Shown here one piece after another: positions 51,554 to 64,000 of a stretch of 64,000 nt of DNA. The notes beneath the pieces were generated by a model, which was not told where the DNA came from, made no database searches, and worked only from the letters and a program-made list of their open reading frames with translations. The position numbers and the translations under genes are program-made. The DNA lies in contig NC_134842.1 of assembly GCF_965363235.1 (NCBI RefSeq), forward strand, positions 20,221,521-20,285,520. The letters are read 5' to 3'. Position 1 is the first letter of the stretch, and every line of letters begins with the position of its first letter. Origin of the DNA: Mytilus galloprovincialis (Eukaryota).

Positions 51554-54500
51554 TATTGGACAATGCTTCATAACAAGCTGTATATAGTTATACAGTGAGC
51601 AGTGTAACAAATATCAACAAAGAAAGACTACGGCTTGATGTATAGATAAAACGATAAAAAAGGCATAGGAACTCAGCAACAAACGAAACCCATTGCCTGT
51701 ACCAAATTCCCGTTCCTCCATTGGACTTTGGCGTGTCATACCATCGCACTTTTGCGTGTTATCTGATTGCACGTTCAAACCAAAAAAAAAAACTATCGCA
51801 CTCCAGCGACTGACACCATCGACCTTAATCGTAGACCAATCTGACTTAAGATTGACCATCATGCTTTATAGTACCATTGCACTACATAATCCTTCATATC
51901 TGTATATGAATAATGAAGCAAAAAGGTAGAAAGAATATAAGAGGCAATACCTAACAATAAAAAATAGAAGAAATCTAGTAGATAAATGCATCATTAGACA
52001 TGGTTCAAAACAAGCTCAAAATCGGCTCTTATAGACAAAGTCAAGCCCAGTCGAGACTAGATATAAAGGTCGAGGATGAGTCGAGACAGTATTCAGTCTC
52101 TATTTAAATGATCAAGTACTCAATCAGAATTATTAGGTAGCAATACACAGTCAGAAGATTAGGTTCGCATTATGGCCATGGTGAATTTTTAAAATATGAT
52201 AGTTTTTGTACAATAAAATTAATGTTTAGATAGTGGATGAATAGTATGGCCTTCCAAGTGGATTTACATTAATATTTAGATTGTTTTAGCATATTTTATA
52301 GGCATCGATTTTGTTTGACAGTCCGTACTTTGCTATCCGTACCGCCCAGAAATTATTGTAGTGTTTTTCAACAAAGATTTGACGTTCGATTGTTTTCAAT
52401 TAAATTTTTTGGAAAAACGTGCAGAAATGCATATGATTTTTTTGAACCTCTTGATATATAAATGTCTATGTTTTCTGATAAGGTATCACTCTCATCGATT
52501 GCAACTTTCCTTTGGACCAAATTATGGAGACTTTTGGGACATTTTCACCCCTTTCCTTGCAATATTTTGTATCAAATAATTGCAGATTTTTGCCATGATT
52601 ACACCAAAAAGATATTATATTTCACCATTATAACTATTGGAAATAAAATCTATGGAAGATTCTTTTTCCATAAATATATATACACATGCAGAAGATAATT
52701 ATTAAGCCTTATTTGTAAGAAAGGCAGGGAAACAGGTAGTTTTAAAATTATAAGTGTCATTTTTTTCCCTAACTGTATATTGCTACTTTGAATAAAGTCT
52801 AGAACAAAGTCGAGTACATATATGTATTGAACTAAATACAAATATCTGATATAATGGTGAAAGAGTTCAACATATGAACAAACTATGAAAATCAGTAGAA
52901 ATGGGCATTACACATCAGATCAGTACAAAACAAAAAAAGTAATAAAAGCATAGACCGGACATGACAGAGTATTTATATATCCCTACAACAAAAAAGACAC
53001 TTAATACAGATCTTCGAATACTCGCAGGGACTGATATTTTGTTCAAGTCCAATAACATCTTTTTAAAAAACATTTATCTAAGATTTTGGTATCAATCAGT
53101 AAACTGCCAACATTTTGTGGATCTAGTGTAAAGGCGACATTTCCAACCAGACAAAACGTGTCCCTATCCAATGCCAAAATATAGGTATCGACACATTGTA
53201 GATAAAGGCAACAGTAGTATACCGAAAGTGATAAATCGATTGACAGTGAATATGTATATAACATTAAAATTAGTTGGGTGTTAAATTATGGGTAGCAAAA
53301 CAGTAGTACCAATTAAACAATGTTTTCAACGAACAATTATCTTCAAGATAACGATAAGTGTTACTAAAACTATCAATTAAATGCAGTTGAGACCGGTCTA
53401 CACTAGCAACTATTATTTATATCAACATGAACAATACAAGATCAATTCTGTCATAAAAAAAGAGGCGCAGTAATGTCTGCTTGAATTAACTCTTCCAATT
53501 ATGTCAATATAAAATATGTAAAATAAAAGTCATACTAGTGTAAGGTTCAACTATCTATATATAAAACAAGGTTTAAGCCACCATTTTCTTTGGAAAAGTC
53601 TAAAATGTGTCACTTGTTTCTCATTTGTTCCGTTGTTTGATATAGTCTCAAGTTTTGTCTTTTTTATGAATTTATCCATTTTGTTTTAATTTACCTTCGA
53701 TTTCAGGCGGTTTTTAACGACAAGTAGATCTCTCTTTACCAAAAAGTCATCGGCATTTCATGGATTAGGACTGCTATTTTAGAATATCAGTTTTTTTTTA
53801 ATTCCGCCATATATTCATGTGGCTGTCTTAAATTAAGGGATGAATTCAGTTATTTTAATCGTATAAAATATTTTTTGACTCTGGATTTGGTGTATATTAC
53901 AGATCCTTTATAGTCAGTGCAGAGTTAAAAAGTAATTTTAGGATAATATAGGAGATATTATGGAAATAATTGTGCAAATCGTGATACAAGCATGAAATTC
54001 GGTATGATGGTCGACCAAATGATAAATAAAAGAAAACAGCTGCTGGCCATAAAAAAATTCCATTTTTTCAAGATGACCACCGCTCATTTTACAAATGGCG
54101 TCATACCCAATTGGCTATACTTCGTAAATCCTTTGAAAGTTGTGTTATAGGTTTAATCCAATGTAAAGTTTGATAAAAAGTAGATAACAGTTCCCAAATA
54201 CGATGAAACAGTACATAAATGACGAAAAGTGCCTTCCGGTTCAAAAATGGCGGCAAAAACGTGGAAAATTTTATTTTATTAATTTTTTTCTGATTTACAA
54301 CAGATATCACTTATTTTGTTAAGTTCAAATACCTAGTTTGGTTAAAAATACAAGTTGCGTATCTTTATTTGATTATTTGAAAGTTGCCAATACACAAACT
54401 CGTACAAGGAAGGCCAGAACGATGGCATTTAAAGTTACCAACACAGTTTTATGATTCATCTGTATTTCAAAAGTTCGTGACACGAGTGGGCAACGGCAGC

Positions 54501-57398
54501 AAAAGAGGTAAATTTTGGTGATTTTCTTTTCTTTCGTCCCAACCCAGTATTAATTACTTGGTACGTGTACCTTTCGAATGCATTAATCCGGTTGAGCCCA
54601 CCTTGATATGCTTATCTTTTTATGTGCTCCGAAAGAGAACCACTGGTAGACGGAATAGCATAATAAAACCGCTGCTTCCTGGCAAATGATTCAAATCGTG
54701 CCTCGATAACAGCAATTGTTGATGTTGCCAAACATGATGCAAACAGATACTTATATGATGTCCATGTCTCTGTCTTCATACTTTATTAAAGCGTCCATAA
54801 ACGTCCGTTACATGTAGAAATACTTTCCTTGTAAGCCGACCTCTTTACACTCTCCCACCAAATGCTGAAACAGTGTCACATCCAAAGAACGCATGGAATG
54901 AAGGAATAGCAGCTACACAGGGACCAAACGCATTTTATATGTCATGTACAGGAAGCCATCGAAAGTCTTTATTCCTTCAAAAACCTATCCACATTTTTCC
55001 ACACCTAACTTGGCGAGTTCTGCGGTTCCTTATACTACTACATCTGTATCAGTACTACTTAAAATTACTTTTGTCAATCATTTTTACGTGCAGATTTATC
55101 AATCATAGACAAACAATTGTGTATCTGCTTCCTCATGGTAACAAGAATAAAGCTGGGAAGTATCCGTATTTAAATTGTAAAGAATATTTTCATCTTGAAT
55201 AACAAAAGCATTTTTATTAGTCTCTGAAATTTCAATTCTGTCAGTAAGAAACTTGAACTATTCTGTTTTTTTGTCCTTTCCACAGAAAAAATCTACTCTA
55301 ACCCCATGGCGTTCTAACAGAACCAACAACTTTCCGTCTAGCACCAGCACCTTGCCCTCTTCTCCACCAAGTCGTTAAATTATTCATTTAGTAAACATCA
55401 AATACAATGTCTACCCGTGAATACATATCGGTGCAAGATTTTATGCATGATCATCAAATAGTGTTTTGCACGTGGTGGCCTGGAATTAACCATTGCTGCC
55501 CAACCAACCATATATGCATAATTGCGTCAAAAGTTTGATCAGTTGATTGCAAATCGCACAATGTTTCAAGTGTACCCATTTGTTGCGATTTAGTACGACT
55601 GTTTAAAGCTACTACAAAGTTAAAGTTAAACAAGGACAGAGGGCCAATTTAGTTTTCATGGATAAAGAAATCTTCAAACTGTTTACTTGGACAAGAAATA
55701 GTAAGTCTAGAAAGGAGATAGCAATCAATTTTCGTGTTCTACAGCTTTTGTTTTGATAAAGACATTTTGAGTTTCATTGTACGGCTATGACTGGAAATTG
55801 TTTTTTGTCTGGTTATAAAAAGCCGATTCCCCCTTTGTTTTGCATTTGCTTCAAAAGATCCTCGTATATTGCAATTGTTTGGACCCAATATCTTGGAGTT
55901 TATTGACCATGTAAACATATCTTACCTGCTTCCGAATCAACAATTTCCTTTTAAAAAGAGTCAATTTTGTACAAATCTGACGACTTTCTAGAAATGGATT
56001 TCCAAATTCGTTCTTCACTTTAGAAAGCCTTTGACACCTTTAGAAGAAATCCTTTTGTGTTTTCGTAGCATAATTTACACTTTCAAGACCAAAATATACG
56101 GTATCATGCTTGATATGGACTGTTTGTAAAGTACGATATCTGACTTATAAAATGAGCGTACTACCGATATCACATACAGATTCCTACACTGCAACAAGTG
56201 TATTACGATATTTCTCCACTCGAGACAGTTAAATTTTATTATTTAAAGTGCGAGGCTTGCCGAGCTTTTTAAATAATTAAAATATATACGTCACAGGTTG
56301 GGAATGTAGCCACCAAACCTGGTAACATTTATTTACTTAAAGAAAGTCAAAGAGAAAGTTTTCCAGAAAAATCAGTATTTTCAAACTGAAAAAAAACAGC
56401 CATTTTTTAAAAAGGCCATGGCCATTATGAAAAAATGCTTTTTTTATGGCCAGCAGTTTAATTCTTAAAAAGTTTATAATAATGATGCTTCTTGCTAATG
56501 TTCACGCTTGTATCATTATTTGCACAATTCTTTCGATTTGCTTGCAAATATCTTCCACAAAATTAGGTAAGGATTTTGCGAGCAAAAAAAATCACGTATG
56601 AAACTAACCTAATTTTATTTTTAAAAACCTCACGTGCAAATTATCATATGAGCGTTTGTTTCACGTATGCATTTTATCAGATTGCTCATATGAGCATCTG
56701 CTCACATGTTGCACACGTGAATATGAGTTTGATTTTGTTATCTTATTTATTCCAGATGATGATGATTAAATTGTATCTAAAGATAAAAAATATGGCTGCT
56801 TCAAATAGGAATATTTTTCAAATTTAAATGAATATCTTAAATATTTTAATTGAAAATAAAATAACTGACAACTCATGTTAATTAAGCGTTATTCTTTAAT
56901 AACTGTCAATTAGTTATGAGTTTTATATAATTTTGTCTTTTTTATTATTTAAAAATTATGACTAAAACATAACATTACTGTTACATTATAAAACTAATGG
57001 AGGGACTTGCAAGATTAGTACATATTGAATGTCTTTGATTACTGTACTGAGTACTGTAATTCAGAAAGTTTAAAAAGGAATTATCTATATACATGTAATA
57101 CTTATTTGAAGCAATCTGCATACTAATACTCCGATAGTTAGGACTAAAACTGTTCTACATTTCAGAAACTGACACAAAAATGAACATAATGAAATAGAAA
57201 TGATAACTTACAAATAATTAACCACAGCAACACTGGTTTTATCAGATTCCAACAATGCCATTTTCTTGAAATAGCACGAAATATGGCTTAACATTTTTCA
57301 TCTCCATCTCCCTCCAAATTGATGCTTTGAATTTGAATTTACATAAAGTACATGACTGGACATGTCATTTTGAAAAAGCTCATTTGTTTTCAAAGTCT

Positions 57399-57826
57399 TT
57401 ATTTCAACAAGAGTTTAAGTTTGAAATAGATTTGGACGATAAATGCAAAGTTGTACGTGTCGTCTGCATATAATTCAGTCTCTGTGTGATCTAATGTAAA
57501 CGGGATATCATTTATATAGATTAAGAATAATAATGGTCCTAATATGGAACCTTTTGCGACCCCAAATGTTACATTACTGTATCCTGATTCAGTAGTTCCA
57601 ATTTTAACCTTTTGCAATCTATTTGAGAGATAGGATGAAAACCACATAACAGAGTGATCATCACATTTATATAAATTAAGTTTCGATAATAAGATGTTAT
57701 GGTTAACAGTGTCAAATGTTTTTTTAAAAAATCTAGAAATAAAACAGCAGTGAAATTGCCTTTGTCAAATTCTTCTTTATTCTTCAATTTGTAGGGTAAG
57801 GTCTTGTAATAGGCCATCCCGCACAA
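57399..57826 (-). mobile_element. Degraded non-LTR (LINE) retrotransposon reverse-transcriptase fragment
   Basis: Two frameshifted minus-strand ORFs. One reads ...FTAVLFLDFLKKH... (the RT FLDFxKAFD block). The other reads LSNRLQKVKIGTTESGYSNVTFGVAKGSILGPLLFLIYINDIP...LYADDT (the GVPQGSxLGPLLF and YADD blocks). Confidence 0.75.
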
Positions 57827-59789
57827 CCAAACCCTTGTGGATGCCCCACATATTAGAGTTTAACAGTAAGACATTGCACAGGGGTGGATCCAGCTATTTT
57901 TAAAAGGAAGGATTCAAACTATATTCTATATCATGATATGTACCCTTTCAAATGCATTGATCTTCAAAAAAAGGAGGGTTCCAATCACAGGTACAATTTC
58001 ATAACAGGCCCAATTCTAACTTTGCCTTTAACAGGCCACTATGCACGAGTGCGGTGATATAGAACGTCGATTCCTACATGTATGCATAATGAAATGTGCA
58101 CATTTTTCCTTCAAAATCCATAATTATTCTGATAAACACGTTTTTAAATATTATTCATGTCTACTGACTAATTGCAATTTCGAGCGCAGCTTATATTGTA
58201 CTGTAGTTTCCCTTCTACCATGTCTACGATTTTGAGTAAAATAAGCGCACCAATTGCCAAAGCGCTGTTCTGCCGACATGAATGCAACAGAATACAGAGG
58301 GTACGGTAACGTTACGGATCAAGAATTATTTTCCGTTTTAATAAAACTTGACAGATTTTATTAATTATCATCGGAAAATGTCCCGAATGGATATAAGTAA
58401 TTCAAATTAAACCAGATTTATTATGCTGTATACATGTAACATATGTATTTTAGTCTCTAAATTTACTTCAGGTACATCGACGTAACAATTTCATGATAAG
58501 TTATCAAACCTATTTCAGATATAAATTTGAATGATTTTTCTGCAATAATATTCAAACTTAATTTTTTAGCGAAGGCTTGTGGTATGTAAAAAAGTTACAA
58601 AATGCTCTTGAATTATAGACACAATAAAAACTAAAGGTGGAAAGTCAAACGCACAAGTCTGGCAAAAATGAACGGACAATGCCATGACAAAAACCGGAAA
58701 ACGACAAAAGACATAGTTATAGTTTTCCCTGCCTCAAATTTAAAATAACTCAAATGAAATTTATATAGCTATAGATAACATAAAAAGTTATATGATAATG
58801 CATATTCATTTACAATATTTTAAAAAAGTTACATCAAAAATTTAATTAAAAATATTTAGATCACGTTTTCAAGTGTTCATCCCGACATCCGTAATTTTTA
58901 AAGGGTATAAAATTATGTTACGTCAAGTTGACAAAATTTTCACCACGGCACCAGCATACACATTTATTTGCAATCACTTGTTATCCATTAAATATAAAGT
59001 TTCAGATGCTTATATATATTCAATGAATAAACATTATTTCGGCAATCTGTTGATTGTTAACTCAATTCGCAGCGCTTTGTGCAGTAATATATGACTGAGC
59101 TTTTTTTTTTATAATATAAAAAAATGTTAAATTATCAATAAGGAAGAAGTAAGAATTAAAATTGATTTAAAAAAAAAATTAATAAACATGATTAAGTGGA
59201 CGTGGTAGACTTTCAATTAACATAAACCGTCTTCTTTCTAATGTTTATTTTATTCTTAAAAGGGGGCCCTGATAAACACTGGGAAGTTTCACCCGTCCAA
59301 ATTAATAAACACGACTAGACACGGTCTGACAAAATCTAAACGTACTTTTGTATCCATGTTCTGTTTTTGCTGACACCGTCGTGACGAATCTAAACAGCTC
59401 GCTAGAAGATTCAGTCTTGTTTATCTTGACATGCCTTAACGGATTAATTTACCTGATGAGACTATCGATCAGAATGGCGTCTAAACGGTCTTAAAAGTCT
59501 TGAGGTTTTTCTATAGAGATAAATCCAGTCAATTAAGATATGATGCGACCAAAATGACCGTTTCAGACTGAAATCGTGCTACTAGTGTATTGTAGTTACG
59601 ACATAAGGAACATATCCGATATTATCTCTGAAACGGCTATTCCATAACGGTCAACCAACTCGTGATGGCGTGTGTAACATTTACGAAGGGATCACTTCAA
59701 CTTAGCCATTATGAACTCTTCGATTTATAGCTTCCTTGTGAGTAACAATCCTCTATCAAGTAAATATTCATTTGAACATGTACATCTTA

Positions 59790-60090
59790 CAGTCATTTCA
59801 TACACCAAATATAGTTGACCTATTGTTTATAGTATCTGAGTTTTGAACATGAAAACTTAACCTTGCTCACTAAACCATGTAACGAAGTCGAGGTTCAGTG
59901 AAAACTGTCCATCAGGCATGAGGACGTTGCAAGGTGTACACATACCAAATTTGGTTGTCATGTTACTCACAAAAAGAGAGGGAATTACATTACAAAAAAA
60001 ATGTTAACTTTTGTTCAAGTTTTCTTTGAAATGGAGGTCAAGGACAGAGGACATATGAAAGATGGAAATTTTATAACATAAGGCATCTCT
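59790..60090 (-). repeat. Roughly 150-bp tandem-repeat family, about 2 units in reverse orientation
   Basis: Reverse complement matches the 14540-15310 units, for example cactgaacctcgacttcgttac, catgcctgatggacagttttc and tacaccttgcaacgtcctcatgcc. Confidence 0.7.
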
Positions 60091-60295
60091 AAACAAAGTT
60101 TGAATCATCCAGCTCGTCTTCATTCTGAAATATTAAGCTCTTAATTAGTTAGTTAATACCATTGTGGCCACAGCCGTATGATCACTATCCCTATGTCCAG
60201 CTTACTGCAACAGAAGTTGCAGGTTCGAAAAAAACCAGAGAAAAGAAGGCAATACATTAAAATTCGGTGTTTTGCGTTTGCGCTAATTGATATTT

Positions 60296-60515
60296 CATAT
60301 GCGCCATAAAGCCTATTTCATTTGAGTCACACTATATGGACCAAATTTCATTTGCGCCACAGACCATATTTCTTTCGAGCCAGACCATATTTCATTTGCG
60401 CCAGACTATATTTTTAGCCCCACAGACCATAATTCATTTGTGCCAGACCATATTTCTTTTACGCCACAGACTGTATTTCATTTGCGCTAAAAAAATATTC
60501 ATTTGTGCCAATAAT
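60296..60515 (+). repeat. Minisatellite, about 21-bp unit (cagaccatatttcatttgcgc), about 9 units
   Basis: catttgagtcacactatatggaccaaatttcatttgcgccacagaccatatttctttcgagccagaccatatttcatttgcgccagactatatttttagccccacagaccataattcatttgtgccagaccatatttcttttacgccacagactgtatttcatttgcgc. Confidence 0.9.
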
Positions 60516-61187
60516 AAGGGTGAACAGCATAAATAAAATATCAATGTTGAAAAGGTAATTTGAATAAAAGCATTACAATATAAGAATAAGAACATTTAGT
60601 TTGATTTTCCATTAGACTAACTGTCACAATTCAAATGACACAAACGTTAAGAACTTTAGTTAAATCGTTTGTCTACAACAGTGAGCTATACCATTTACCG
60701 TTACCGCACAATAAATAAAGTCAACAATAGTATACAACTGTTCAAATGTCATAAATCGATAAAGAGCAAAGAGGAAAACAATGGAACAAAATTGCTCAAT
60801 TTTCAGTTTGGCGGAAAATGTTTTATTGTTATTATTGTCATTTCATCATTAATATTTTAACCGAATTTTCATTGGTCTATATCAAAACGTTTCTTTTGGT
60901 TGTTTTCAATTCATAGTTTCTACAACTTAAGATTATTTTTTAAATTAGGAAACGAGAGTATCAGGTAGTTGTGTACAACCCTTTTTTTTATTTTTGCATG
61001 TAAATGATTATACTGTGTCTCATATTTATAGTACTTTGGTTTAATAAGGAAAGTTATCAATTTTCTCTTATAACAAGGACAATCACAGTATATAGGATAA
61101 TTTTGCATTTTGTTTTAAGATAGGGCGTTGTTTTTAGTTGTTCATTATTCACTTTATATTGTCCTGTATAAAGCATGAAGATAAAGA

Positions 61188-61333
61188 CTGTAAAAGAGGG
61201 ACGAAAGATACCAAAGGGACAGTCAAACTCATAAATCGAAAATAAACTGACTACGCCATGGCTAAAAATGAAAAAGACAAACAGACAAACAATAGTACAC
61301 ATGACACAATATAGAAAACTAAAGAATAAACAA
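61188..61333 (-). repeat. Family T copy (3' part)
   Basis: aaaagagggacgaaagataccaaagggacagtcaaactcataaatcgaaaataaactgactacgccatggctaaaaatgaaaaagacaaacagacaaacaatagtacacatgacacaatatagaaaactaaagaataaaca. Confidence 0.85.
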
Positions 61334-61629
61334 TTTATTTGTCAGGTAAATTTTGCTGTTAAGTGTCTACTGCAAAAGTATCGAGAACGTTTCCAATTAT
61401 CAGGTGTATCATTCGTAATGTAATTCTAAAGTTAAGTTTCTGATTCATTGGCACTTAATTCAATTCAGATATTACAAATGTCTAGCAATACCAGCTTAAG
61501 TAGCATTAGTTATCATGATGTACACATACTGTTGGACTTTGTTATTATTGGGTATCTTATAATTATCAGTCATCTGGTTTTTTCTGTTGTTCTATTATCG
61601 CCTTAAAACAGATAAGATATTTCTGAATA

Positions 61630-61850
61630 AAGACAACCACTGTTAAAAAATCATAAATCGATTGATAGAAAACAAATTTGGGTTACAAACTTAAACCGAA
61701 GGAAAACATCCATTATAAGAGGGGAAAACGGATCAATAGAAATGCTGAAGGTCAACAAAAACAAACGCTAATGCAACATAAACTGTACATAGAGACAATC
61801 TATTAAATAACAACTGCTAATTCCTGACTGGGGACAGGCCATCTTAAGAA
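61630..61850 (+). repeat. Interspersed repeat family B copy
   Basis: aaaaatcataaatcgattgatagaaaacaaatttgggttacaaacttaaaccgaaggaaaacatccattataagagg ... caactgctaattcctgactggggacaggccatcttaag. Confidence 0.75.
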
Positions 61851-63782
61851 CAAATTATGAGTAAATCCTAGTTTTGTGGCTATCAAAACATTGCGCTTAA
61901 AGGACAACATTACATGACAGAAATACAGTGAAATAAATACAAGAACACTCTGGACAGGGAAACACATAAATAAATTTCAAATATACTTATAAAGCATTTA
62001 TTTGTAACGTTTGCATAAATATATGTATTACATTTAACAAAACAATCATTAGTAATATTCTGATATAAACATGAATAAATGCTACTTGCAAGAATACACA
62101 ACAGAGACTTTCAGTCTAAAAAAATAAATCATTTTAAATTTACAAATAAATAATAATTTCATAAGAAAACTAGATCATGAAAATCATGTTTTAAGTACAT
62201 TATTTAGATGATAACTATGATATCTATAAGACATGTATATAGTTATATACATTTTCTTTTGTACTTGATACATTTCTCTGAATCAAGTAATGTAAAATAA
62301 GGATAATATCATCATTCTTCTATCATGAGTTTGGACAATTTGGACACCACATTGAGTGTTTTCAAAGTAGCATTCTGATTTCTGCTAGGACATAAGATCT
62401 TTAAATAACAAATGTCTAATTCATTATACATAATTCATTGGTAGGCATTGGGGTAAAGTATCGTTGGTAATACTGTATCATAAAAACTACTTTAAAATAC
62501 GTTTTCCACCAAAATATTGAATATTATAGCACCATAGGCTTCAATAGGTGACTTGATGGTCGCAAATGCCCATTTATGCGTCACCAGTACACTTAATTTG
62601 TGACCATCAAATCACCAATTGATGCCGTCTGAGCTTAAAATATAATACAGTTGTCTCCTAAATATACCATTCATTGTCAGGCAACAAGGGAAAGAATCAT
62701 TGGTAATGCTGTATCATAAAATCTACTTGAAATACTTACATATTTTTGAAAAATTCAAAATCAACCATCTGAATTAGTGAACAGGGATTTCTTGATTAAA
62801 TGTAAGAAAGAGGAAACAGTAAAAACATTTAGAGAATGATTTTTTCTAGTATGTCGTCAAATCAAACAGGAAAATGTATAATATATATATATAACTACTG
62901 TACTACTTTCCTCTTCAATATAGCATTTGGAACATAAGTGGTTCATTACCTGCATCTGTCTAGTGAAAGCTTTATAAAGACATTGATAAAAATTAAATAC
63001 TTGGTAATATGACATTGAGTTAGACTTTCGTTCAATAGAGGATAGTAGCTACTCTTTTATTTAATTTTTATTGTCAGATATTTGGAATTCCGGAAGTCAT
63101 ATTTATTTAGTGTACTGCCAATAACATATTATGTACGCCTTTAACCCTTTTCCTTTTTTATCTTATTAAATATAGTTTAGAAAAAAATATTTAAAAATCT
63201 TATAAAATTCTTGTAATTTTTTCATAGTTTTTGAATTAATAAAAGTGTCAATGATAAAAAATATCATGAATATGGAGATAATCAATTCTCACCAAAACAA
63301 TTATCTTCTGCGTTTTCTCATCAATAAGAGGTCCTCTTAATAAGTCAATAATGATTAAATAACTTGCTTATACTAAGCAGGTAATGAAAATAATAATGCT
63401 TTCAAAAGTTTATTAACAAATTTAACAACAGTTACATATGTAAAGAATGCTTGAGTTTAATGCTTAAGAATTTCATCAATTGTAGTATAACTTATTAAAA
63501 CAATAACATGTTGTCAGGTCAATTAATGTATAAGAATATTTAATGAAATCATTTAAAGGATGATAAACATTGCCCACTCTCTTTTGCAATAGGATATCTT
63601 TAATAAGACTGCTATTCTATCATTCATTTCTACCAATGCATTCACAATAGAAACCAGAAGTGCAAAAATAATCAAAATCAATAGATAAAATTTAATTGAA
63701 ATGAACGATGAAAATAAATGTAAAGAATAGAGTTTAATAAGAGCATATTTTTCAACATATAAAACAATTCTACAATCCTTAT

Positions 63783-63860
63783 TTTAGCCATGGCGTTGTC
63801 AGTTTATTTTCCCTCTTTGAGTTTGACTATCCCTCTGGTATTTTTTCGTCCCTCTTTTAA
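63783..63860 (+). repeat. Family T 3'-terminal fragment (sense)
   Basis: ttttagccatggcgttgtcagtttattttccctctttgagtttgactatccctctggtattttttcgtccctctttt. Confidence 0.75.
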
Positions 63861-64000
63861 TGTAATTCTTATTTGACTGATCAATGAATTAAATAATAAA
63901 GGCTGGATACTTTAGTTCACACATATTGCCTTTAACTTTATAAATCACAGAGGAATTTATTAGCCATTTCAATTAGGTGAAACAATCCAACTAAAATAAT

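Noticed and set aside
55290-55400. Minus-strand reading with a Gly/Arg-rich stretch (…RRGQGAGARRKVVGSVR…) vaguely reminiscent of a histone H4 N-terminal tail
   Set aside because: Similarity is limited to a few residues (G-rich, RRKV) and is followed by a stop. It does not continue into the H4 globular domain. Too weak to call even as a pseudogene.
1-64000. Search for prokaryotic-style systems (operons, defence islands, CRISPR-Cas, toxin-antitoxin) and for tRNA, rRNA or snRNA genes
   Set aside because: The sequence is eukaryotic (spliced genes with GT-AG introns, SINE/LINE/MITE landscape, CpG depletion). The track ORFs are mostly under 110 aa and repeat- or composition-driven. No convincing tRNA cloverleaf with a GGTTCGAATCC-type T-arm, rRNA segment or snRNA was found by eye, though tRNAscan would be needed to exclude tRNAs formally.

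Overview
This window is eukaryotic nuclear DNA, not prokaryotic. It is AT-rich (about 65-70% AT), has GT-AG introns and carries dense interspersed repeats. The gene content points to a bivalve mollusc, probably Mytilus-like. The six-frame track appears to come from a bacterial-style ORF caller that also accepts TTG starts, and most ORFs in it are spurious (repeat-derived, poly-G or microsatellite artefacts). I can support two protein-coding genes from the sequence. (1) A complete four-exon HSP70-family gene of the HSPA12 type on the minus strand, 40663..47714, encoding about 576 aa. It has the AIDFGTTYSGYA actin-like ATPase N-terminus and a long C-terminal exon. (2) A two-exon gene on the plus strand, 25782..27739, encoding a tetraspan membrane protein of about 197 aa that resembles the LHFPL/TMHS family. 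The rest of the window is repeat landscape. It includes a degraded non-LTR retrotransposon RT fragment, a Penelope-like RT fragment, and a very abundant roughly 250-bp retroposon 3'-tail family. There are at least two further interspersed families that share an inverted terminal motif, roughly 150-bp tandem arrays, and several minisatellites. A 1264-bp element is flanked by perfect 41-bp terminal inverted repeats and carries a nested poly-G palindromic mini-element. A CpG-rich block lies inside the LHFPL-like intron, and a near-perfect 25-bp hairpin sits just inside HSPA12 intron 2. I found no CRISPR array, operon, rRNA gene or recognisable tRNA gene. I did not find an undescribed multi-gene system in this window. 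The most unusual items are the TIR element, the CpG-rich intronic island and the structured repeats packed around the HSPA12 gene.
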